The notes beneath the pieces were generated by a model that was not told where the DNA came from, made no database searches, and saw nothing but the letters and a program-made list of their open reading frames with translations. Positions 1 to 7,769 of a stretch of 63,267 bases of DNA are shown here, piece after piece. How positions within the stretch are numbered: the stretch's first letter is position 1; each line of letters starts with the position of its first letter. The position numbers and the translations under genes were made by a program. Origin of the DNA: Candidatus Dadabacteria bacterium (GTDB taxonomy: Bacteria > Bdellovibrionota_C > UBA2361 > J046); contig RFHI01000055.1 in assembly GCA_003696425.1 (NCBI GenBank), positions 1 to 63,267 of the forward strand, in the 5' to 3' direction.

Positions 1-1554
1 ATCCCGCATCCGTGTGGTGTAGATACCATTAAAGAGTTCAGAAAGCCGATTCAATTCGTTGAAGCCTCAATGAACCGAGGCAGTACACATTACATTGAAA
101 AAACCGTAAATAAATTACAGATTGAAGCGGCTGATACAGTCAGGCGTGAACTAATTGATGGCTTTAGCCTGCCTTTTGGAATGGGTGATATAAGTGATGC
201 ACAGTTTGCCATACAGGAAGTGCATAATGTTGCGAAAATAAAGGGGCATGGGGTTACCGGCCTTTTAGGTGGGCTGGGGTATGATTTCAGAGATCCTGAA
301 CAGGGCTTTAAGAGTCACCGGGATTACACCTATAAAACCTGGGACTATCAGAATAAGCAGTGGGTTGATCATAATCCGGTAGACCTTCGGCTTATGGTCG
401 ATAGAGACGGCAATAAACCGTGGGAAGATATTGAAAAGCGTGTGATTAATAATAACAGCTCAGCACGTTTCGGATACGGCAACGTTGAATACAGGCTTAT
501 CCAACCAACTCCTTATCTTCGTCGCGCTATTGATGCAATGATTTCATTTCTGCCAGTACTCCGTATGTATATCGGAAACTGTGAGAGGCGCAGAAGCGAA
601 ATAGTCTACTCCAGTGACTGGTCGGTCGCCTCAAGCAGATGGATGGTCGGTGAATCAATTTTACCAATCGGGGGTAGTGCCTGTTACAGGCGCCTGGGAA
701 GCAGCGCCAACTGGTGGGATGTAATCAGGAACTGCCCGGGCTGGTATCGAGATGCTTTCCGGTACCACACCGTTGCAACAGGCAATCTGCCAGTATGGCC
801 CACCGGAATATATTATTCACGCTCGCTTATGTGGAATACTTTTCAGGCAGCACAGGCTCCTCAAACTGGATATGCAAAAGCGGTTTCACAAAAATTGCTT
901 GATCCTATGGCGTGTTCACGTGTCAACGCAAACAGGGGTGATGCATACAGCACTCCAAGTGATATGCTTTATCCGCTGGCTGAATCACCTCCGCGTGTGC
1001 CGCACGGTTCGCCCTTTAACCCGTATAATCGCGGGATCACTAACGGATGCTACCGCGGTGGTCAGCAGAACTGGGCTATCCCGCTAACTAAGACACTTAA
1101 CGTACACCCTTCAACCATGTTTGAACAGGCTGCTATTCGCGCCATAAATACTGTAAGGTCAAACTATACTTCTGCTATAGCAGAGCGTGCTTATGCCTTT
1201 GACTTTAACCGCGATCGCTTCCAGTGGGTGCGAAATTCCGACTGGCCGGAGAAGATGTATGAAAGCGGTGAATGGAACCGTTGTTATAAACTCGGTCACT
1301 ATAGCCGTGAGTGGATGGAAGGTAATAAACGTGGTGAGATGAAAGGAAAATATATAAATGAAATTGATATATCAGCAGGCAACGAAGACTCGCTTGCCAG
1401 CGGTTATCACTGGAAGTTTTTCCGCTGCTGCAGGTATAACGATATCCGCTGTGGAGGGATAAACGTGCTCCCGGGCACTCCGCTTCCGCCAGTGCCCAAT
1501 CCCTTTTCATGCGGTCCTGGCTGCCACGGCTCACTCTGTGATATAAGGGGGTAA
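1..1554 (+). CDS. Trp/Cys-rich envelope protein, TraU-like T4SS component (probably 5'-truncated by window edge)
   Basis: Track ORF is 70..1554, but frame 1 has no stop in nt 1-69 and Met70 is not followed by a signal peptide, so the gene probably starts upstream. C-terminal strings DRFQWVRNSDWP and GYHWKFFRCCRY recall the conserved C-terminus of F-type TraU (from memory: ERWRYQMVNMYP, FGYLMWRKRNC). The next gene is TrbC-like, as in the F traU-trbC order. Confidence 0.4.
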   Translation: MPHPCGVDTIKEFRKPIQFVEASMNRGSTHYIEKTVNKLQIEAADTVRRELIDGFSLPFGMGDISDAQFAIQEVHNVAKIKGHGVTGLLGGLGYDFRDPEQGFKSHRDYTYKTWDYQNKQWVDHNPVDLRLMVDRDGNKPWEDIEKRVINNNSSARFGYGNVEYRLIQPTPYLRRAIDAMISFLPVLRMYIGNCERRRSEIVYSSDWSVASSRWMVGESILPIGGSACYRRLGSSANWWDVIRNCPGWYRDAFRYHTVATGNLPVWPTGIYYSRSLMWNTFQAAQAPQTGYAKAVSQKLLDPMACSRVNANRGDAYSTPSDMLYPLAESPPRVPHGSPFNPYNRGITNGCYRGGQQNWAIPLTKTLNVHPSTMFEQAAIRAINTVRSNYTSAIAERAYAFDFNRDRFQWVRNSDWPEKMYESGEWNRCYKLGHYSREWMEGNKRGEMKGKYINEIDISAGNEDSLASGYHWKFFRCCRYNDIRCGGINVLPGTPLPPVPNPFSCGPGCHGSLCDIRG

Positions 1555-1557
1555 AAA

Positions 1558-2475
1558 GTGTTAAAAAAGGTTTTAAAACTCGCACTCTTTTTTCTAATAT
1601 TCCGGCCGCTTATTGCAGAAGCTCAGAGTCCATCTAATTTTTTTAGTTCTGACTTTGCCCGCTCACCGGTAGAGCGCAGGCAAAAGAGAGAATTTAATAA
1701 GCCGGCCCATCCTTTGCAGGCTAAAAAGACGCCAACAACTGTTAGCCCCTGGCAAAAAAAGGACAGCGGCTTTTTTGGTAAAAATACAGCTGTTAAAAAA
1801 GACAGTCCTGCTAATGACAGAAAACAGCCTGAAAAACCGGGCTGGGTATCGGATGCTAAAAAAGAAGAAAGCGCCTTTCAGGACGAAGGCCTTGAGGTCC
1901 GTTATCTCGGAGTTATTGTAAATTTTTCTGACAGCGAGCACTTTAAAAGTACGCTAAAAGAACTGACTGATGTAGTAATTGAAAACGATTTTGGCGTTGG
2001 AAATATTTACACTGTCGGACTGCCATTTAGTAAAATCAACATGATGACTCTTATTAAACCGCTACTTGTGCGCGGAGCAGTTTTTAAGCTGCGCGGCACT
2101 CCGCCGGAAGAGTATAAAGTTAAGCTTTCACCAGCCTGGCTGGTGGCTACTGAAAAAGGGATATATGTGCTTGAAGGTGTAAGGCCGCTCAGGAAATTTT
2201 TTAATTCAAAAGGACGTTTTATTGACCGCACAAAGTATGAGCTTATGGGCGATATGGAAGTGGTAATGGATAAAACTGAAGATGCTGATTTGGCCAGTCA
2301 GAGCGGACAGGTTCAAACTGCAAATAACGATAATAATCCCCGCATAGAAAAAAAGCTGGCCGGCACTGTCATAACAGAGATACCGGCCGGTCTGGAAAAA
2401 GCATCGCTTAGACTTAAAGCTGCCTCTGATAAAATAGCTGCGGCAAAACCCGCTCTATCTCTCCCGTCCAAGTAG
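1558..2475 (+). CDS. secreted protein, possible F-type TrbC-like pilus-assembly protein
   Basis: GTG start shortly after a GGGGG RBS and 4 nt after the upstream stop. Signal peptide (LALFFLIFRPLIAEAQ) and a Lys-rich linker. The C-terminal domain VRYLGVIVNFSDSEHFKSTLKEL...SPAWLVATEKGIYVLEG resembles the TrbC/thioredoxin-fold pattern without CXXC. Confidence 0.35.
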   Translation: MLKKVLKLALFFLIFRPLIAEAQSPSNFFSSDFARSPVERRQKREFNKPAHPLQAKKTPTTVSPWQKKDSGFFGKNTAVKKDSPANDRKQPEKPGWVSDAKKEESAFQDEGLEVRYLGVIVNFSDSEHFKSTLKELTDVVIENDFGVGNIYTVGLPFSKINMMTLIKPLLVRGAVFKLRGTPPEEYKVKLSPAWLVATEKGIYVLEGVRPLRKFFNSKGRFIDRTKYELMGDMEVVMDKTEDADLASQSGQVQTANNDNNPRIEKKLAGTVITEIPAGLEKASLRLKAASDKIAAAKPALSLPSK

Positions 2476-3723
2476 TTTTTTGGCCTCAGCCGGCACTACC
2501 AGCCACTCTCTGGTGGTATGTTCAGCCTCTGCCACAAGCGATTCAAAAAGCGGCTCAGCCTGGCTTAAGCTAAGTACACGCCCGTCATCAAGCATAACCA
2601 GCATGGAGTTCTCATAATCTGACTGGTTTACGTTACTGTTTGAAACAACATGCAGGTAATATTCGGGATCAAAGCCTGCAGACTTAACGACATGCTCAGT
2701 CTCTTTTATTAGTTCGTCACGGTTATCATCTTCACGCACCCTAACTGTTTTAAAGAGATTTCTGTTAAGCAAGCGACTCGCAAGATCAGCCAGAATATTG
2801 TCATCAGATTCAGCCCAATGCATAAGGTGATAACGCCACCAGGCTTCACGCATATTAAAAATATCTTCAAGACTTAAATCCGCAGCAGAGCAGGCGGACA
2901 ATACATGCTGCATAGTATCATCGCAAAAATTCAGTTTAGTGCTAATCATCCGCGCTCTTTTTGCAATGGCCTTATTAAGCATATCTGCCGCCAGAAGTAC
3001 TCTGTGCTGATAAATCTGCCGGTACATGGCGTGACGCGACATGGCAAAATGCATCATGGCATCGAGGCGGTTTTCTCTTAAAGCCAGATGCCCGTCAGGA
3101 GTAATTACCAGCGCATCTGTAAGGGCAGGGATGTTGTATTTTCCGTAGCTGGTGCCGGCCATAATACTATCTACTACGCACCAGTTGCCGCGGTCAGCAT
3201 TCCAGCCACCGCCGGAGATAAGCTCCCGTGTCCACGCCGGGGCTTTTGCGTCTTCTGAAAGCACAGACACGATCTTATCGGGCAATTTTTGATCGTACCT
3301 TTTAAAGATCTCATTTAAGCCTATATCGTTCTTTATAATGCGGCAGCTAATCTCTTCATGCTGATCATCACCATCCGGAAACCAGGTCTTATAAGCAGTG
3401 TGTGATCCGGGCGCTATATGGCCAAGATCGTGCAAAAGCGCTGCTGCTGCTACTGCCAGCCGGTATTCGGAAACTGCATCAGCAGAACTTTTTTCAAGAC
3501 TCTGCATAACCAGCTCGGCCAGATGCGCCACTCCCAGACTATGACCAAAGCGTGAGTGTTCAGAAAACATATACACCAGGCGGGTATTAGCAGTCTGGCT
3601 GATATCCCGCAGGCGCTGTACCCAGGGTGTATCTATAAGCTCAAGCAGCAATGCCTGAGCCGGAATCTCTTTTGAAAAAGAGATTGAATAGTGTACCACA
3701 TCAGCAAAGGTAATTTTTGACAT
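2455..3723 (-). CDS. HD-domain phosphohydrolase, SAMHD1/dNTP triphosphohydrolase-like
   Basis: 422-aa ORF. N-terminal pattern IDTPWVQRLRDISQT...HSRFGHSLGVAHLA and LLHDLGHIAPGSH are the His...HD metal motifs of the dGTPase/SAMHD1-type HD family. Confidence 0.75.
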   Translation of the reverse strand: MSKITFADVVHYSISFSKEIPAQALLLELIDTPWVQRLRDISQTANTRLVYMFSEHSRFGHSLGVAHLAELVMQSLEKSSADAVSEYRLAVAAAALLHDLGHIAPGSHTAYKTWFPDGDDQHEEISCRIIKNDIGLNEIFKRYDQKLPDKIVSVLSEDAKAPAWTRELISGGGWNADRGNWCVVDSIMAGTSYGKYNIPALTDALVITPDGHLALRENRLDAMMHFAMSRHAMYRQIYQHRVLLAADMLNKAIAKRARMISTKLNFCDDTMQHVLSACSAADLSLEDIFNMREAWWRYHLMHWAESDDNILADLASRLLNRNLFKTVRVREDDNRDELIKETEHVVKSAGFDPEYYLHVVSNSNVNQSDYENSMLVMLDDGRVLSLSQAEPLFESLVAEAEHTTREWLVVPAEAKKLLGRER

Positions 3724-3730
3724 CTACTCC

Positions 3731-4855
3731 TCAATTTAAGTGTGTTCTGCTCAGAGTTGTTTGGTTTATTATTTCAATACCAAATGTATTAATGCCGGTA
3801 AGTTTCTTGGCACTGGTAGTCAGTAAGTCTATTTTTTCAACCCCGAGATCTCTTAGAATCTGCGCTCCCAGGCCGTACTCACGCATCATAGCCGCCGGTT
3901 TTTTACTAAACTCCTGCTGCCAGTCCGACACCTGTTTTCTGAGCTCACCGAGTGCTGTTCGTCTAAGATACACCAGCACCCCACTTTCACTCTGACCGAT
4001 AAGTTTCAGTGCATTTTCAAGCTGCCAACGGGTGGGGGGGGTATCACCACCGAAAACATCACCAAAGGTGAATTCAGGCTGCACTCTGGCCAGTACCGTT
4101 TGTCCCGGTTTAATCTCTCCCTTAACAAGTGCCAGATGCTCTCCTTCATGAAGCTTTGAGCGATACACATAAGATTTTAATTCCCCGGCAAGATCTGTCG
4201 GCAACCTGGCTTCAGCTACACGCTCTACCAATTTCTCGTGCTCAAGGCGGTAACGTATAATGTCAGAAATTGCCACCATAGGAATCCCTTCTTGCTTAGA
4301 AAGCTGCTCCTGCTCATCAACAGACATTAAATCCCCCGCACGATTTAAAAGCTCAACAAAGAAGGCCACCCTGCAATTTGACGCTGCTTTTACCAGATCG
4401 TATGCGGCCTCGGGTAAAGCACTTTTAACCAGCACACCACCATCTTTTACCAATAAGGGAAAGATATGTCCGGGCTTCACTATTTTGCGGGGATTTGGCT
4501 CTCTTTCAGCAAGAACAGATATTGTACGGGCACGATCTGAGGCACTTATACCTGTAGTAACCCCTTCACGTGCTTCGACTGAAACCAGTGCTGCTCTGGC
4601 AGCATTTTTTTGCCCCTTAAGAGCTGGCATATCAGGAATAAGAAAGGCCTCAGCCCGCTGCCTGGTAAGCGTTACATAATTAATACCACCAGATAATCTG
4701 AGTATGCGGTTTACCAGGTCAGCTTTGATACCACACCCGCATGCTGCAAGAGCCGAGGTTTTCCCGGTACTCAGGTCATCACGGATAATTACCGGCTCAC
4801 CCTTTTTAAGCTGATCAAGAGCTGTATTTAACTTACTGTGATTATTCTCTGTCAT
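3731..4855 (-). CDS. RibBA-like two-domain protein (DHBP synthase-like + GTP cyclohydrolase II-like), both active sites degenerate
   Basis: 374 aa, colinear with RibB (VEAREGVTTGISASDRA, KPGHIFPL) and RibA (LARVQPEFTFGDVFG). DRENEGD is replaced by LSTGKTS, GGHTEA by KSALPEA, all three Zn-binding Cys of GCHII are absent, and QEGRGIG is absent. Confidence 0.7.
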   Translation of the reverse strand: MTENNHSKLNTALDQLKKGEPVIIRDDLSTGKTSALAACGCGIKADLVNRILRLSGGINYVTLTRQRAEAFLIPDMPALKGQKNAARAALVSVEAREGVTTGISASDRARTISVLAEREPNPRKIVKPGHIFPLLVKDGGVLVKSALPEAAYDLVKAASNCRVAFFVELLNRAGDLMSVDEQEQLSKQEGIPMVAISDIIRYRLEHEKLVERVAEARLPTDLAGELKSYVYRSKLHEGEHLALVKGEIKPGQTVLARVQPEFTFGDVFGGDTPPTRWQLENALKLIGQSESGVLVYLRRTALGELRKQVSDWQQEFSKKPAAMMREYGLGAQILRDLGVEKIDLLTTSAKKLTGINTFGIEIINQTTLSRTHLN

Positions 4856-5082
4856 GAGACCGCATTATGCGAAAGCATGCTGTAATATGCAATTTTACTG
4901 CTGATTAAAAACAATTGCTGATTCCCCCTCTGTGCAGCCGTATGGATTGCTATTATATTGATATTACAGGAGGTTTTTCACGTTTAAATCTACCCCTGCC
5001 TCAGATATCGGTTAAGTAAGCTGGCATTATTGTCGATTTACTCTTATAGGCTGACGTTCGCCCTAAAAACTAGAGATTAATT

Positions 5083-5580
5083 ATGGAACAGGGCACCCAG
5101 ATCCCGGATTCACTTTCACATCTTCCCGAAGACGAGGCCCGTAAGGCTCTGGTGCGCGCACGTCGTACAGCTTTTGTAGCACGCTTTATTGTGCTCAGGG
5201 AATCAAAAAGAACTCGTGCCCACAGGGTGATTGAGGTTATGCAGTGGGACGATCAAACTACTGCAGAGGAGCTGGCTGAAGCATTTCGGGAAGTCTTTGT
5301 AAAAAACGGCGATAATATGATGCCAGTTGACCGCGATATTAGGCGCGCGCTGGCGCATGCCAACAGATCAATTAACCATTTTATCCGTGAATATAACCAG
5401 CGTGCTACCACTAATTTTATTGATGCGCTCATTGACTATGAACGCTCTAACTGCCTGCTCTTTGGGAATGAAGATGAAGAACAGCCCAGAACAGGAGGCT
5501 GGCGTTTGCCGCAAGAGCTGATAAAACAGCGCGAAGAGGGGAAAATTGATATAGGTAAACCACGCAGAAAAAAACACTGA
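5083..5580 (+). CDS. hypothetical protein (basic C-terminus), co-operonic with FlhB-CTD-like gene
   Basis: 165-aa ORF with an ATG start. It ends 9 nt before the next gene. No motif recognised. Confidence 0.5.
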   Translation: MEQGTQIPDSLSHLPEDEARKALVRARRTAFVARFIVLRESKRTRAHRVIEVMQWDDQTTAEELAEAFREVFVKNGDNMMPVDRDIRRALAHANRSINHFIREYNQRATTNFIDALIDYERSNCLLFGNEDEEQPRTGGWRLPQELIKQREEGKIDIGKPRRKKH

Positions 5581-5589
5581 AAATAACAG

Positions 5590-5913
5590 GTGACTAAGAA
5601 ACATAAAAAGAAAAACCCCGATCGATCCGTAGCGGTTCAATATACCGCTATTAACGAACTGCCAATAGTCCTTGCCAGTGGCAGTGGTGAGCTGGCACGC
5701 ACGATTCGACTTATTGCCAGCCGCCACGGCATCCCAATTACTGAAGATACAACGCTGGCAGAGCTGCTTTCAGAGCTGAACGCGGGAGACCCGATATCTC
5801 CTGAGTGTTATTCGCTTATGGCAGAAGTACTCACCTTCCTGTACTTTACAGACAAAAGCTGGCAGGAAAAGCATTCTTTCCTTGGAGATGTTTTTAATAC
5901 TCAGCCTGAATAA
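5590..5913 (+). CDS. stand-alone FlhB/EscU C-terminal-domain-like protein (YlqH-type)
   Basis: 107 aa. VAVQYTAINELPIVLASGSGELARTIRLIASRHGIPITEDTTLAELL...ISPECYSLMAEVLTFLY matches the post-NPTH part of FlhB/YscU (AVALxY..aPxVvAKG..lA..I..A...gvPi.e...LAr.L...IP..lY.aVAevl.fvy). No TM region and no NPTH site. Confidence 0.7.
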   Translation: MTKKHKKKNPDRSVAVQYTAINELPIVLASGSGELARTIRLIASRHGIPITEDTTLAELLSELNAGDPISPECYSLMAEVLTFLYFTDKSWQEKHSFLGDVFNTQPE

Positions 5914-5916
5914 AGA

Positions 5917-6075
5917 TTAGAAGAGAGCATAAATAAACGGTGACAGTGAAGTACCAGCCGTTGCTACTATCAAGACTCCCAGAAGTAAAAACACTGATAT
6001 CATCGGGACCAGCCACCAGGCCTTTTTTTCCATCAGGAGTGTGAAAATCTGCTTTACTGTAGAAGACTTAGCCAT
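5917..6075 (-). CDS. 52-aa small membrane protein (DUF5989-like), not in the ORF track
   Basis: My own translation: MAKSSTVKQIFTLLMEKKAWWLVPMISVFLLLGVLIVATAGTSLSPFIYALF. It has one TM helix and the KKxWWLxP...L/APFIYxLF signature I recall for the DUF5989/SxtK-like family. It is below the track length cutoff. Confidence 0.55.
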   Translation of the reverse strand: MAKSSTVKQIFTLLMEKKAWWLVPMISVFLLLGVLIVATAGTSLSPFIYALF

Positions 6076-6158
6076 AGTGCCTCGTTACTTAAAATGCCAA
6101 AATCAAGGCTATCTTAGTACTGGAGCTAAAAAAGGGCAACTCAGGTAAATTCCAGCAG

Positions 6159-6647
6159 CTAGGCTGCCTCGCGGCTCTCCATTTGTTCATCAATAATCTT
6201 ATCGACTTCTTCAATAAGAGAGCCAATCGCATAGCACCATACATACTGACCGGCTCTTCTGCCGGTAAGCACCTCTGCAATCTGTCCTTTATCCTCCACG
6301 CGATGTTTAATAAAAAGCTGCCTCCCATCTGTAAGCATAACCATATCACGCGGACTTTTGTGAAGTTTGGGAAGACGCTTCCGAAGATAATCTATACCTC
6401 TTCTGAAACGGTTTACCGGAAGCCCCTCACGCTTCATACGAAACAGCCAACAAAGTAAAATCAAATCTGCATAGGAGTATTTGTTACGACCGCGGCTTTT
6501 GGTTTTGCCGGTAGCAGGAACCAGATTGGTGCGGGCATAATAATTTAACAGAGCAAGGCCAATCTTTTCGGTATCACCCGTAAGCTTACGTAAGATGGCC
6601 TGCACCTCCTTAGCTGTAAATTCACGATTAAAAATGCGATCTCCCAT
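6159..6647 (-). CDS. MerR-like helix-turn-helix DNA-binding protein
   Basis: 162 aa. FTAKEVQAIL...LLNYYARTNLVP....RNKYSYADLILLCWLFRMKREGLPVNRFRRGIDYL fits the MerR-type HTH plus wing spacing. Confidence 0.45.
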   Translation of the reverse strand: MGDRIFNREFTAKEVQAILRKLTGDTEKIGLALLNYYARTNLVPATGKTKSRGRNKYSYADLILLCWLFRMKREGLPVNRFRRGIDYLRKRLPKLHKSPRDMVMLTDGRQLFIKHRVEDKGQIAEVLTGRRAGQYVWCYAIGSLIEEVDKIIDEQMESREAA

Positions 6648-6871
6648 ATGCCTCCTGAGAGCTGTAACTTTAAGTGTCTTAAAAATTAATTGTTATAGGC
6701 GGTTATGTCAATGCAAAATATCTGCTCCCCTAAATAACAATCTGAGCGCCAAAAAACCCTATAATTATCGAAAAATTAGCGTTCAATAATACCTTAACGC
6801 AGACTTTGACCTTATGAGTCAATTTTAACCGATTTAAAGCAGCTAATAAAGCTGCCACAACCTTTTTAGTC

Positions 6872-7768
6872 TTATCCGTTGTAGTGACAGAGGTTTTTCA
6901 GGGGCACGCTCTGCTCGCGCTCAGTGATAAAAGCCAGTAGATCCTCTATCAGCCCTACCTTCTCTTTGAGCGGTAAAGACATGCCCGGATGACATTTGAT
7001 GTCGGGATCAAGCCGGTCATCTTTAAAACTTAAAAAATCGCTTGCATGTAAAACGTATTGTCTGACCTTTCTAACAGAGCTGACAGTAATAAGAGACTTA
7101 AAAACGTTAAGCGGCATTACATAAGCAAAGGTATGATATACAGGAAATCTTAATAGCGGGACTGTTGTAACGGGAATTTCTGTCATATTTCCATGCACAG
7201 TTTTTATGGTAGTTATAGAAGCCTTCTTAAAGTGAAGCCTTAAACTGCTCAGCAAAATTTTAAAACTTCCGCCTGAACTGATTCGATTCTGTGACCTCTT
7301 TACAATTTGCAGGCGGTAAAGTGCCATAAGCGCAGAAGGGAACAGAGAGGCATCATAGAGATAGCCGGCTTTTGCCAAAACATCAATAAGTTCAGGACTG
7401 TAGGACCATGATGGGGCTCTGAAACCGAGTATGTCAGTGCCACTTATTTCTTCTAAAAGTGTCTTGGATAAAAAGAGCTCTCTTCGAACAGTTTCCGGAT
7501 CATTCAGATTAAGCAGCAGCTGATGAGTCATCGAGTGACTGGCAATTTCATGCCCACGACAAGCAATTTCTTTTACAATATCAGGAAACTCTTTTGCCTC
7601 ATCAGCTATAAAGAAAAAAGTGGCTTTAATTCCTTGACGATCAAAAACTTCCAGCAGCCTCGGTATTGCAGTACAATATACAGGATCGTTGCAATTAAAA
7701 TTCACCGCACGTCCATATCCGCGAAGATGGGCAGCAATTGAATCAACATCGACACTGACACCAATCAC
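6872..7768 (-). CDS. polysaccharide deacetylase (NodB-homology, ArnD/NaxD-like)
   Basis: 298 aa. FFFIADEA...GHEIASHSMTH...GFRAPSW are the NodB motifs. Last gene of a four-gene operon. Confidence 0.8.
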   Translation of the reverse strand: MIGVSVDVDSIAAHLRGYGRAVNFNCNDPVYCTAIPRLLEVFDRQGIKATFFFIADEAKEFPDIVKEIACRGHEIASHSMTHQLLLNLNDPETVRRELFLSKTLLEEISGTDILGFRAPSWSYSPELIDVLAKAGYLYDASLFPSALMALYRLQIVKRSQNRISSGGSFKILLSSLRLHFKKASITTIKTVHGNMTEIPVTTVPLLRFPVYHTFAYVMPLNVFKSLITVSSVRKVRQYVLHASDFLSFKDDRLDPDIKCHPGMSLPLKEKVGLIEDLLAFITEREQSVPLKNLCHYNG

Positions 7769-7769
7769 T

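Noticed and set aside
714-1585. Track ORFs 714..902, 752..1087 and 1205..1585 overlapping the TraU-like gene. Similar nested or antisense ORFs lie inside the long genes, e.g. 4260..4679, 21155..21556, 21697..22146, 28063..28788, 34528..35354, 37009..37320, 42746..43305, 44000..44341 and 58536..58838.
   Set aside because: They lie inside or antisense to much longer ORFs that carry recognisable motifs. Their composition is low-complexity or biased, with no motifs. I treat them as frame shadows.
4856-5082. FMN (RFN) riboswitch expected in the leader of a ribBA-type gene
   Set aside because: Reading the minus-strand leader, I find none of the conserved RFN blocks (GGGGCGG..., CCGACCGGCGGUA-like). 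This absence fits the view that the gene is not a riboflavin biosynthesis enzyme.
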